The notes beneath the pieces were generated by a model. It ran no database searches. It was not told the DNA's origin and was given only the letters and a program-made list of their open reading frames with translations. A stretch of 64,000 nucleotides of DNA from Candidatus Bathyarchaeota archaeon (GTDB taxonomy: Archaea; Thermoproteota; Bathyarchaeia; Bathyarchaeales; Bathycorpusculaceae), in the NCBI GenBank assembly GCA_963768425.1, contig CAVYHV010000013.1, positions 39,555 through 103,554 on the forward strand, given 5' to 3'. The number at the start of each line of letters is the position of its first letter. The first letter of the stretch is position 1. Positions 9,059 through 18,755 of the stretch are shown piece after piece. Made by a program: the position numbers and the translations under genes.

Positions 9059-10608
9059 ATGCAACGACGTAAGAATATTTTTCTCCCAGGTAGCTGGGAA
9101 ATCAATTTCAATGCAGATTCCGCAAGCAGACCTGGATTTTTCTTAAGTGGCGGCTACCTTTCTGTGATGCAAAAAGAAGATTATGATCAGGCTTTAACCG
9201 AAGTTTCAAAATTGACGCAAGAGAACGTGGACTTGGCGAGTGAAGAGAACTCAGAAAGGGGCGCGAAGACCGCTCTGGACGAAGAGGAGAAGAAAACTCA
9301 TTCTATAAAGTTTCTTTTTGAAGGAAAAGAGAACAAGGAAGCTGAACGCGAGAAAGTCGATAGCGAAAAGAACGTTGTCTCAAAAATGGACGCTGACATA
9401 GCTGAACGAGACAACAAGATAAAAGAGCTAATCCAGAAGAAATCTAATATTGACAGAATGGTGCCCTACGAGCGGAAAATATGTGTCGCTCACGGGCTTA
9501 GGCGTAATCACCTTAAACGATCTCAATGTCAGAAACTACAGGGTTTCCGCCAACGAGTTCTCAGACTTCATCGAAGAAACCACGGAAACTACCGATGAAC
9601 TCAGAACCATAGCATACAAAGCCAACTTCTATGCGAACAGGTTCAAAGCTGAATTTCCAGAAGCCGACCTTTCCCAGCTTTGGAGCGTCTCAGTGGGATT
9701 GGGAAAGCTTCAGGGCGACCCCGACCAAATCAGCCAAAGATTCCTGCAAGCGACTGGCAGCCTGCAGCATTTCAAATCCACCGTCGAAAATAAGATGATG
9801 GCGGCGGAAATTATGACTGCCTTCAGGGGCAACCAATCTCAGCCGTTAATGGATTCCGACTTGCAGAACCTTTCAGCAACCTTGGGAAACCTTGACAAGG
9901 AAGTCAGACACGACAAGGTTCCAAAAGAGTTGTCGGTTGGGGTCGCATGCCATTATTCTATTCGGAAGAAGATTTGACGGAACATTCCCTACTGACAGAT
10001 TTGCGCAATTTTCCAAAATGACTTCTTCACCTGAATCAGCAGCAATTCTAGCCGTGGTAAATGTCCCTTCAGACCAGCTGACGGCTAAATTCCAATCTTT
10101 CAGGTCAATGTTTGGATCCTGGGGGTACGAATTGTCGGAGGACACCGAACTTGCTTCTGCATATTTATCGATTTCAGATTTGGGTCCCGGCGAAGTAAAC
10201 ACGAAGTTGACAATAATCGTCGACGCCCTTAAGAACTACCTTGAGTACCCCCTCGTCGCTTCCGCGATACTTGCGTCGATACCAACACTGGAAGCAAACG
10301 AGACCCTTGACTTGATGCAGAAAGCCTACTCTCTGCTTGGAACCCAAGCCACAGATCTGTTCCCCCCTGAACTACTGAGCCTTTCAGTTAGGATGATTCA
10401 TGGAATCAAGAACGAGTTGGTGAAAGAACTTGATCCAACCGCGAAGCTCACCAATACCCCGATGCAGTTCACATACATCCCGTCAAACATATTCTTCTTC
10501 TATTATGGACCGCTGATTGTTGCACATTCATATTATTACTCCACTTTCAGCGGGATTGGAGGCTTCCATCCTGCACATGTGCACGGTGTAGGAGGATTCA
10601 TGGGTTGA
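9059..10608 (+). CDS. Hypothetical helical protein with N-terminal coiled coil (two frameshifts, three ORFs)
   Basis: ORFs 9059..9598, 9450..9977 and 9892..10608 overlap consecutively; ends GIGGFHPAHVHGVGGFMG. Confidence 0.7.
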
Positions 10609-11624
10609 CCTCGAAATCGCTTCTTCTAATTCTCGTACTTTCGGTGTTCTTAGCGGCTTACCCAGTCTTCGCCGCTGCAACATATGTGCCCCATCAAGGC
10701 GATTACTTCAACTATCACGAAGTGGAGAACCTTGGAAGCGGCACAGGCAGCTACGCTGGATACACTGAGCAGACAGTCGTGGATGGAAAGGAAACGATGA
10801 ACACTGTCGATGCAAACGGAGTGGTGTCTGCCACATATGGCTACTCATATACTTGGAGCAACAGCTCTGGCTCGACCGAAACTGGCAGCCAGTCGGGAAC
10901 ATTTACTTTCTCATCAGCCAACTTCTTTTACATCAACGGAACTGACGATCAGACAGGGTATGTTAACCCAACGGTCTGGTTTTTGATGGATAACTCAATT
11001 TCTCAGGGGGGCACATTCACTATTCTTAGCACTGAGATGACGGTCACATCCAGGAGTTACAATTACTACCTTTCTTCGCAGGACAAAAACGTGAACACCG
11101 TTTTTGCTCAGGGCGCCTCAAGCTATGATAGGAACGATAATTACGGACAATTTACCGCCACCTACACATGGAAAGCCTACTTTGACCCAACCACGGGGTA
11201 CATTATCGGGTACGAATACGTTGAACACGATACCAACCCTTCAGGCGACGGATTTACGTGGACCGACAACCTCTACGTGACCTCAACCAGCTACTCGCTG
11301 ACTGCAGCTGTAGCAGGCAGTTCAGGCGCACCTGTTAATGTCGACCTCATAGCGGCAATAGTGCTGGTTATCGTAGTCATTGTGATCCTAATTATTGCGC
11401 TTTCGAGAAGAAGCAGAAGAAGCCTTCCGAAGCATAGTTCCCCGCAAGAATATTCCCCGCCGTCACAGCCACCACCGGCACCTCAAATTGATTTGACTCC
11501 GAAGCAACCGCCGGTACAGCAGATCGTGATTAAAGAGGTTGTGAAGGTAAAATGCCGTTACTGCGGAGCACTAATAGACTCCACAGCTCAAACTTGCCCT
11601 GTATGCGGAGCTCCCAGAACATGA
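10605..11624 (+). CDS. Secreted-domain TM protein with Pro-rich linker and cytoplasmic zinc ribbon
   Basis: Signal peptide, TM, then KCRYCG...TCPVCGA. Confidence 0.85.
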   Translation: MTSKSLLLILVLSVFLAAYPVFAAATYVPHQGDYFNYHEVENLGSGTGSYAGYTEQTVVDGKETMNTVDANGVVSATYGYSYTWSNSSGSTETGSQSGTFTFSSANFFYINGTDDQTGYVNPTVWFLMDNSISQGGTFTILSTEMTVTSRSYNYYLSSQDKNVNTVFAQGASSYDRNDNYGQFTATYTWKAYFDPTTGYIIGYEYVEHDTNPSGDGFTWTDNLYVTSTSYSLTAAVAGSSGAPVNVDLIAAIVLVIVVIVILIIALSRRSRRSLPKHSSPQEYSPPSQPPPAPQIDLTPKQPPVQQIVIKEVVKVKCRYCGALIDSTAQTCPVCGAPRT

Positions 11625-11737
11625 CATGGTACTAAATTTTTGTTTCCTTCTTTCTACCTAAATCCTTTCTAAAATACAGAAAAACCTCTCCATTTACGCC
11701 CATGTTCGCTTTCATGACGTTTCCTGAAGAAGCTATG

Positions 11738-12325
11738 TTATAACGGGAAATTTCGCAGAACGTTGAATGGGCACTGCTTTGACTTAAGCCAGAGAAGTCG
11801 CGCGTTCAAAATATCTTCACCCATTCCTATTCTCCTAAATTGAGGTTTCACATAAAGAGAGTGCAGTCTTCCAACACCATTCACAAGTGAAACCCAGCCT
11901 AACCCAGCAATTTCGTTCTTTAGCCTAACAAAAAAGCACATATCTCCGTTCTCAAACGCAACACTTACCCATCTTTTGTTTATCCCGGGGTGGGTCGAAG
12001 CCATAAATCGTTCTATTTCACTTACGTTTTGCTTCTCCACCGTGGAAATTTCATAGCTGAACTTGTGAGAAAGGGTAAGATTCTCTATATCTACGGCATA
12101 AATATCGTATAATTCGTGTTCATGCTCAGTTTTTAGCTCAGAAAAGACCCAGTTGAACGGTTTTAACGCGTAAAAGTAGTCAAATACCTCTCTTGACCTA
12201 GTGTAAATTGATCCGCTTTTCTCCGAGTCGTCATACATGAATAAGCCTGAGGTAACTCCTTCGGAAGTCCTAGTTACATAAGCTTCACCGCCTATTTCCA
12301 GGATTTCTTTGGTGTGATATTCCAA
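11738..12325 (-). CDS. GNAT-family acetyltransferase; both ends probably frameshifted
   Basis: LHSLYVKPQFRRIGMG acetyl-CoA motif A. Confidence 0.8.
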   Translation of the reverse strand: MEYHTKEILEIGGEAYVTRTSEGVTSGLFMYDDSEKSGSIYTRSREVFDYFYALKPFNWVFSELKTEHEHELYDIYAVDIENLTLSHKFSYEISTVEKQNVSEIERFMASTHPGINKRWVSVAFENGDMCFFVRLKNEIAGLGWVSLVNGVGRLHSLYVKPQFRRIGMGEDILNARLLWLKSKQCPFNVLRNFPL

Positions 12326-12756
12326 GTAAGGTTCAAAAAACGAAAAGTCAGCAGGAAAGACAAAGTTAATGTCGGATGACGCTCATTAATTGGGAAACTT
12401 GCATTGCTCATATTACCCTTTTACAAATATGAATTTCAGCCTGATAAAACTTGAGTTCTCACTCAATTTAAACAGCTTAACATGCAAACGGAACCCTACA
12501 AGGTAGGATTGAGGCGTTTTTATATATAGTTTGAAAAGCCCACTTTACTTGCGAAGTTATGCATATCTTAACACGTCGACTAACTAATTGTTCACAACAT
12601 TTTTGACGTAAATAGTTCTCATTACGCGGATGTTACCTGTGATTAACTCATTTCTTGAAGCCATTTTCTTGTTAACAAAATATGACGCAAGCGAGAGAAC
12701 GAAAGCTTTAAATCTTTTTCGATGTGTCCGTGTTTGGCGGGGAGAGGGGCAATTTT

Positions 12757-13866
12757 ATGCAAGTTAAGAGTTTGAAGCTTTTAGGTTTAGTAGTCATCAT
12801 GATTTTTGCTTTGTCAGCAGTCAGCATGGTTCACGCCGTTCCAAAGCTTGCAGTTTCCTCCAAGATCACAGCAGTGACAGCTGGTACCGGCATGGCCTAT
12901 GATCCCACCAAAGGCGAAATATTTGTGCTAGACAAAAGTGGCACGGTTACCGCTATATCTGACAGCACAAACAAAGTGGTTGCAACGGTTAGCATACCCA
13001 ATGGGTATGGTTACTATAACGGCATGGCTTACGATTCGGGGCAGGGTGAAATCTTCGTCGCCTCAGGCAATGCCATAAGTGGTGGAACCCCCATGATTAC
13101 GGTTATATCAGATAGCTCCAACGGCATAGTTGCAAACATAACATCAGGTAGTTGGTGGTTCCCCTATGGTGTGGCTTATGATTCCAGCAAAGGCGAGATA
13201 TTCGTAACGGATGCAGGCAACGGCCAAAATGTCTTAGGAAATGTCTACGTTGTGTCAGATAGCACCAACACCGAAGTTCAAAGCATAGGTGTGGGATATT
13301 TCCCTGAAGCGATAGCTTATGATTCGGGGCGGGGCGAAATCTTCGTCGCTAACTCTGGCTCTAGTAGCGTCTCAGTCATATCCGACAGCTCCAACGCTGT
13401 AGTAGCAACCATTAATGGGGTTTTCGCTTCGGGCTTAGCTTATGATTCCAGTAAAGGAGAGATATTCGCAGCAAACGGCTACAACGGCGTTTCAGTGATA
13501 TCGGACAATACGAACACAGTTGTTGCAAACGTGACGGGTCCATCGGGAGTCCAGGGCATAGCGTACGATTCTGCAAAAGACGTAGTATTCGTAGGCAACT
13601 CAGTCATATCGGATAGCAACAATGCCGTAGTTGCCCAAGTTCCCAGCGCACTTGGGTTGATAGTTTATGATTCAAGCAAAGGCGAAATAATCGGAGGCAC
13701 CAATACCGAAACCGATATCTTTTCAAATTCATCCTTTACAATAAAGGTGCCCGAATTCAGTAGTGCAGCACTCATTTCACTAGCCGCAGTGATGGCGGTT
13801 GTGAGCTTAGGCGCGGTTACGTTTAGCAGGAAAAAGAGTCGAAAAATCGATTACAAATCGACTTGA
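12757..13866 (+). CDS. YncE-like beta-propeller surface protein with PEF-CTERM sorting signal
   Basis: Seven (A/V)YD...G(E)IFV...VISD..N.VVA-type blades; C-terminal VPEF + TM + RKK. Confidence 0.88.
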   Translation: MQVKSLKLLGLVVIMIFALSAVSMVHAVPKLAVSSKITAVTAGTGMAYDPTKGEIFVLDKSGTVTAISDSTNKVVATVSIPNGYGYYNGMAYDSGQGEIFVASGNAISGGTPMITVISDSSNGIVANITSGSWWFPYGVAYDSSKGEIFVTDAGNGQNVLGNVYVVSDSTNTEVQSIGVGYFPEAIAYDSGRGEIFVANSGSSSVSVISDSSNAVVATINGVFASGLAYDSSKGEIFAANGYNGVSVISDNTNTVVANVTGPSGVQGIAYDSAKDVVFVGNSVISDSNNAVVAQVPSALGLIVYDSSKGEIIGGTNTETDIFSNSSFTIKVPEFSSAALISLAAVMAVVSLGAVTFSRKKSRKIDYKST

Positions 13867-14062
13867 TTTCAATTAGACGCACCCTGTGTGTTTCCTTTTT
13901 TTGTACTGTTTTTTAGAAATAAATGCCCTAATGAGAATTATTGGAAAAGCACGTCGATTTTAACAAAAAGCAATCGTTGCTTTATAAGCGACTTAGTTGT
14001 AGTTTACATTAGACTTGTAAGAAGCAATTCTTGCAAAGTCGATGGAGAAGGTTGAGGCTTTA

Positions 14063-14203
14063 ATGTTAGGTAATAAAGTGATTTATGGAGAGACATTTAA
14101 GTGCAGATTGTGTTCAGCGAAATTTCAAAATCCTGAAGAATTAAGAATTCACCGAATGGTTGATCATAAAGGGCACTCGCTTACGCTTACTCTCAAACGT
14201 TAG
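14063..14203 (+). CDS. Stand-alone C2H2 zinc-finger micro-protein (46 aa)
   Basis: MLGNKVIYGETFKCRLCSAKFQNPEELRIHRMVDHKGHSLTLTLKR matches F-x-C-x2-C-x3-F-x5-L-x2-H-x4-H; below the ORF-track cutoff. Confidence 0.8.
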   Translation: MLGNKVIYGETFKCRLCSAKFQNPEELRIHRMVDHKGHSLTLTLKR

Positions 14204-14356
14204 CCACGGAATTCTTCTTGAGATTACCTCTTTAGCAAAATTTTTTGTTTTCAATAGTTTCAAAGAGTCCATGATGGTAAACATGTTATTCTGAAGCAAT
14301 TACTTCTCATGGTGATTGATTAAATTTGATTTCTGAGGCGCTAATCAAGCTCAGCC

Positions 14357-14716
14357 ATGGCAATGTTAATTAGGAGTAGCCTAACCTTATTGCCGAAGAT
14401 TATCATGAGCAAAAGTCTTGCTTTCTGGTTCATCCGAGACGGCGCAAAAATAATTCAATGCAGCAAAGATGACTTTGACAAAGCAATCACCGAAGGAAAA
14501 AGTGTAAAGTACCACGGCTACGCCCACAAAAAAGCAGAAAAAATAGCAGAAAAGCTGGAGGAATCTAGGATGGCGCTTCTGGCAAAACCCGACCTGCCTA
14601 CTAAGTTCCGCGCTGTTTTGACGTGCCCAAAAAACGTCGTTGAAGTTCAAGTTATAAGGGTTGATGACGAACAGTTCTGGGAAAAAGAATCAAGACGCCC
14701 AAAATACCAAGTCTGA
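14357..14716 (+). CDS. Hypothetical protein
   Basis: 119-aa ORF with plausible composition; start may be the internal MSKS. Confidence 0.6.
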   Translation: MAMLIRSSLTLLPKIIMSKSLAFWFIRDGAKIIQCSKDDFDKAITEGKSVKYHGYAHKKAEKIAEKLEESRMALLAKPDLPTKFRAVLTCPKNVVEVQVIRVDDEQFWEKESRRPKYQV

Positions 14717-14805
14717 ACCTGTTTGAATTCTGATTAGAAACCCAACTTCAGGATCGAGAATTTCGTTTCCCGATAAGGTTAAACGTCTAAAGTTGCAACA
14801 ATGTA

Positions 14806-15222
14806 TTGAAGGTGTTTTTTGTTTTAATTGGCGCTCAACCGACGTCAGTCAAGAGAAGGATTTTAGAATTCATCTGGGACGCGAGAGCCGGGCCTGTTTT
14901 GCTGCTCACCATAGGAGAAAAGCGACTTGGCTTTGCGTTTTTCTGCCACCGAAGGCCGGAAAGAAGCTTTGTAATCCAAGGTCACACGTTTCCTCTATGT
15001 TCCCGATGTACAGGCTTGCTTCTTGGTTTTTTCGGTTTCATTTCGCTTGCACTCTTTAACCTGCAGATTCCTTTGTTTGTAGCGCTTATGATGCTGGCGC
15101 CTTTAGCTGTCGACGGGACTTCTCAACTTACAGGTCTCAGAGAAAGCAACAACTTACTTCGGTTGCTAACAGGCTTCCTATTTACGTTTGGATTTCTGTC
15201 GCTTGTGGCGGTGAAATTGTGA
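14806..15222 (+). CDS. DUF2085-like membrane protein
   Basis: CHRRPERSF...FPLCSRCTG...DGTSQ..G.RESNN.LRLLTG. Confidence 0.85.
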   Translation: MKVFFVLIGAQPTSVKRRILEFIWDARAGPVLLLTIGEKRLGFAFFCHRRPERSFVIQGHTFPLCSRCTGLLLGFFGFISLALFNLQIPLFVALMMLAPLAVDGTSQLTGLRESNNLLRLLTGFLFTFGFLSLVAVKL

Positions 15223-15740
15223 GTTCAAGAGCCAGAGAAGAAATTTACACTTGCGTTGGCATCTTGCTATTCATTTTTGCCATTGCATTATATGTGGTTT
15301 GGGTCTATTACGGATTCTTACCCTTTGCACTCGGCGCCTTCGTCATCTTAATATTCGCAGTCTATGCAGTTTACAGCTCCCGGAAACAAAAAAAGAATAA
15401 GCCTCAAACAACAAGCCAACCGAATTTCAGCGCTATGAATAACGCCTCTCCCGAGCAACGCGAGAAAATGATGGAGCTGGCTGGCTTCACAAAATACACC
15501 GGCGAAGACGACACTACCCACTGGAACCCTCCTTCTGGAGCTATCCCAGAGTGGGCTAAAGCCGAGAAAATCGATGTTGTAATGAAAGATGGATCCTTGG
15601 AAATTGAGGTGGAAAAGCAAAGCCCTAAAATCCGGTGTTCTTACTGCGGCACAGTGTATGATGAAAAGCTGGATAGGTGCCCAAACTGTGGGGCAACACG
15701 TCAGGGTAACGAAGAGCAAGTGAAAGAATCAACGCTTTAA
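15219..15740 (+). CDS. Two-TM protein with C-terminal zinc ribbon
   Basis: Two TMs; RCSYCG...RCPNCGA. Confidence 0.8.
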   Translation: MSSRAREEIYTCVGILLFIFAIALYVVWVYYGFLPFALGAFVILIFAVYAVYSSRKQKKNKPQTTSQPNFSAMNNASPEQREKMMELAGFTKYTGEDDTTHWNPPSGAIPEWAKAEKIDVVMKDGSLEIEVEKQSPKIRCSYCGTVYDEKLDRCPNCGATRQGNEEQVKESTL

Positions 15741-15850
15741 ACTTGTACTGGGCATCGGAAACAAAAGTAAACGTAGATATCTGCAAGATGGTGGAAAATC
15801 AAAGGGTTTTTCTATCTTTCCTCATTTGATATTCCCTCGAGGTAAAACGT

Positions 15851-16207
15851 TTGAGTAAAACAAATGTTGAGAAGATTTCCACTTATCCTGACGTTATTAC
15901 TAGTCTACCCGAAGCGAAGGTCGCATGTGAAGGCGGCAAAGCCTGGATTTTGCAGGCGGAGTCAACCCAACTTGTCTTTTTCCAGTTTGAGAATGGTGCA
16001 GACATGCCCGCGCACAGCCACATCTATCCGCAGTGGGGAATGGTTATCGACGGCGAAATGGAGTTGACCATTGACGACAAGCCGCAACGATTCAAGAAAG
16101 GCGACGAATATCTTGTTCCAGCCGGGAAGCCTCATTGTGCCAGATTCTTCAAAAACACAAGAGTGATGGATTACTTCTCTGAGAAAAACCGGTATGAACA
16201 CAAATGA
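15851..16207 (+). CDS. Cupin-domain protein
   Basis: PAHSH..QWGMVIDGEMEL...GDEYLVPAGKPH. Confidence 0.9.
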   Translation: MSKTNVEKISTYPDVITSLPEAKVACEGGKAWILQAESTQLVFFQFENGADMPAHSHIYPQWGMVIDGEMELTIDDKPQRFKKGDEYLVPAGKPHCARFFKNTRVMDYFSEKNRYEHK

Positions 16208-16383
16208 TCGTTCGAGGAAAAATCCCAAAATTCAAAGCTAACGTTTCACGCATTGTTCTGTCGCAATGTCAAAATGATGGGTTTTGCTATAATCGCAGTT
16301 TTTACAATCGTCCTTTATGTCTTGACCAAACGGACAACCTTTCAAATCAGCCATACCTTTTCAACCTCTAAGCTTGAAACTTT

Positions 16384-16459
16384 TGGTAGCCCGGGAGAGA
16401 CTCGAACTCTCGTCAAGGGCTCCAGAGGCCCCTATGCTTGACCGCTACACCACCGGGCT
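16384..16459 (-). tRNA. tRNA-Gln(CTG), intronless, CCA encoded
   Basis: AGCCCGG acceptor stem, anticodon arm GGGGC-CTCTGGA-GCCCT, T arm GAGAG-TTCGAGT-CTCTC, ends CCGGGCT-ACCA. Confidence 0.97.
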
Positions 16460-16495
16460 TCGAGCAGAACACAAACAAGTTAAGAATATTTAACT

Positions 16496-16720
16496 TTAAT
16501 GTTGCTTTGAATCACCGTTGTTCTTGGCCTTCGTCGCTTCCCGAACACAGTAGCATTCTTGGCTAACCCTATTGTAGCTTTCGCAATGCCAAAGCGTGTC
16601 AACTATTGCGCTTTTGTTTTGGGCGTAACGGGTTGAACAGAAAACTTTGGCGGGGTAATCGTAGCTGTTGTGGCTGTCGCAGTTGCCGCAGTACTTGTTT
16701 TCATCTTGGTCGTCAACCAT
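16496..16720 (-). CDS. Small Cys-rich putative metal-binding protein
   Basis: YCGNC..H...FC...WHC...ECYC. Confidence 0.7.
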   Translation of the reverse strand: MVDDQDENKYCGNCDSHNSYDYPAKVFCSTRYAQNKSAIVDTLWHCESYNRVSQECYCVREATKAKNNGDSKQH

Positions 16721-16724
16721 GTTT

Positions 16725-17747
16725 TTAGCTTCCTTTCTCAGATGGTTGTTCAAACTGGAATAATGGTTTGCGTTTGAAGTTTTCGCCTAAACGTTCAGTT
16801 GCTGAGGCAACGAGGAATGGAAAAATCATTAATGCTTCGCCGATGACCATAACGTGATCTGCTTCTCCTTTCATTTTTCCCCAACTTACAGTTTCCTCCA
16901 ACGTTGAACCAGACAAGCCGCCTGTTTCAGGTCTATCCAACGTGATAACTATGCCGTAATCTAAGCCTTTTTTAGACGCAACAGCCGAAGATTGTATCGT
17001 ATTGCGTGGGACTCCGCCGCCGATAACTATCATGCCGTTTTTAGGTGATTTGCTGCAGATTCCGCAGATTGTCGGCACATCCTTAAAAGCGTCTAACAGT
17101 AAAACGGGCTTGGACTTTTCCTGTGCGGCGTGGAGCCAATGAATAAATCCAAATTCTGAGTCTCGCACTGATGGCAAGAAGATTGGTACATTTTCTTCGT
17201 ATGCTGCTCGAAGGATTGAGTTTTTGTCGGTCAGACGTTTGCCTATTTCCCAGGTGAACTCGTTTGATGCTAAGCTTTCGCCTTTGCGTTCGCGGGCGAT
17301 GTCGTCGTAGATTTCGGACATTTTGACGTCTAATCGAACGTAGTCTTCTTCAGGAACAAGAATGTCGTAGATACGGAAAAGGTGATACTTGTAGAGTTCA
17401 GCGTCGTTTGCCGCCCAACTTGCCTTGTAGTGGTGCCCGCCTACGGCTTCGATGGCGTCATGAACCATGCATGCCCCTGTGCTGACAACCACGTCGACAA
17501 GCCGTTTCCTTATCAAATCCGCTACAAGCGTACGCATTCCCGCCGGAACCACTGCGCCTGAAAGAGCCAAAAAGATGGTGCAGTCTTTGTCTCTGAGCAT
17601 CTTCTCATAGATGTCGCATGCCGTTGACAATCTGCCCGCGCCGAGGGAGCCTGATTTCTTGAATTGCTGCATCAACTGGTCGACGGTTAGTGCCCCGTCT
17701 ACTTTGATGTGCTCGACTGGATTTTGCAAGTAATCTTTCCTTTCCAT
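16725..17747 (-). CDS. dys: Deoxyhypusine synthase family protein
   Basis: LSGAVVPAGMR, VSTGA..VHD, DSEFG, GGGVPRN, GGLSGS..EE.VSWGK. Confidence 0.92.
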   Translation of the reverse strand: MERKDYLQNPVEHIKVDGALTVDQLMQQFKKSGSLGAGRLSTACDIYEKMLRDKDCTIFLALSGAVVPAGMRTLVADLIRKRLVDVVVSTGACMVHDAIEAVGGHHYKASWAANDAELYKYHLFRIYDILVPEEDYVRLDVKMSEIYDDIARERKGESLASNEFTWEIGKRLTDKNSILRAAYEENVPIFLPSVRDSEFGFIHWLHAAQEKSKPVLLLDAFKDVPTICGICSKSPKNGMIVIGGGVPRNTIQSSAVASKKGLDYGIVITLDRPETGGLSGSTLEETVSWGKMKGEADHVMVIGEALMIFPFLVASATERLGENFKRKPLFQFEQPSEKGS

Positions 17748-18147
17748 CCAAGTGCGCCTAGATTGTATGTTACTTATGGATATGGAAAAACCTTTTCATA
17801 TTTAAAGTTGAATCAAATGGGGAATAATGAGTTGCTTGAAAGTTAGACGTTTTATCCAACTGTATTTCTAAGGTGAGTTTTTTGGTTGGCTTTCGTTCTA
17901 TTCGTTTAGGTTAGGTGGCTAGTATTCAAAACCTGTGATAGGCAAAAAAATGTACTATTCAAACAATTATAAGGCAAGTTTTACCCTAGGAAAAGATGTG
18001 AAGCTAAGGTAGTCCAAGAAAAAAACTCAAGCAAAAGAAGCTTGAAAAGGAAGCATCCGGTTGGGCGCAATATGGTCTGTGGTTTATCGCTTTATAAGGA
18101 AGGTTGCGTAGTAAAGTGCAGTTACAATGATTAAATGGTGATGGAAA

Positions 18148-18435
18148 ATGTCGGAAAAATCTAAAATTGTTTTCGTTGGAAATAAGATGCCTATGGACTA
18201 TGTTCTCGCGATTATTACAGGGCTATCGGCGAGCGATGGTAAAGAGATAACTTTGAAGGCTAGAGGACAAGCAATAACTACAGCTGTTGATGCGGCAGAA
18301 ATAACGAGAAATCGATTCATAAAAGACCTGAAAGTACGCAAAATCTTGATTGGAACAGAGGAGATGCCGCCGAGAGAGGGCGAAACTCGAGCACGTATGG
18401 TTTCAACAATTGAAATAATGCTTGCAAAAGATTAA
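18148..18435 (+). CDS. albA: DNA/RNA-binding protein Alba
   Basis: VFVGNK.PMDYV, LKARGQAITTAVDAAE, VSTIEI. Confidence 0.95.
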   Translation: MSEKSKIVFVGNKMPMDYVLAIITGLSASDGKEITLKARGQAITTAVDAAEITRNRFIKDLKVRKILIGTEEMPPREGETRARMVSTIEIMLAKD

Positions 18436-18755
18436 GAAAAACCGTGAAACACGTGCTGTCGTGTTCCAATATTATACGTTGAGAACGTATAGCTCATAAG
18501 TGAGAGAAAGGGTATTGAAAGGTGCTAGGCAAGCATCTAAAATTTGCCGCTGCAGAGCCTTTCTTAAACTTCTTTTAGTTTATTCTCAGAAACGTAATAT
18601 TTACCGTTTACTTCAACGAAGACTCCGTTTTTACAAAACAGCCTATGCATCGCATCCTTAAACCTCGGAGGAAGACACAGAGAGTTATTTGAGCAAATTT
18701 ATTTAGGGTATTCAAACAATTCAGAAACTCGCAAGAAAGGTCCGCAGGGTTCAGT

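Noticed and set aside
16253-16441. 62-aa ORF
   Set aside because: Overlaps tRNA-Gln on the antisense strand
7460-16459. Island integrated at tRNA-Gln
   Set aside because: No duplicate of the tRNA 3' end and no integrase seen by eye
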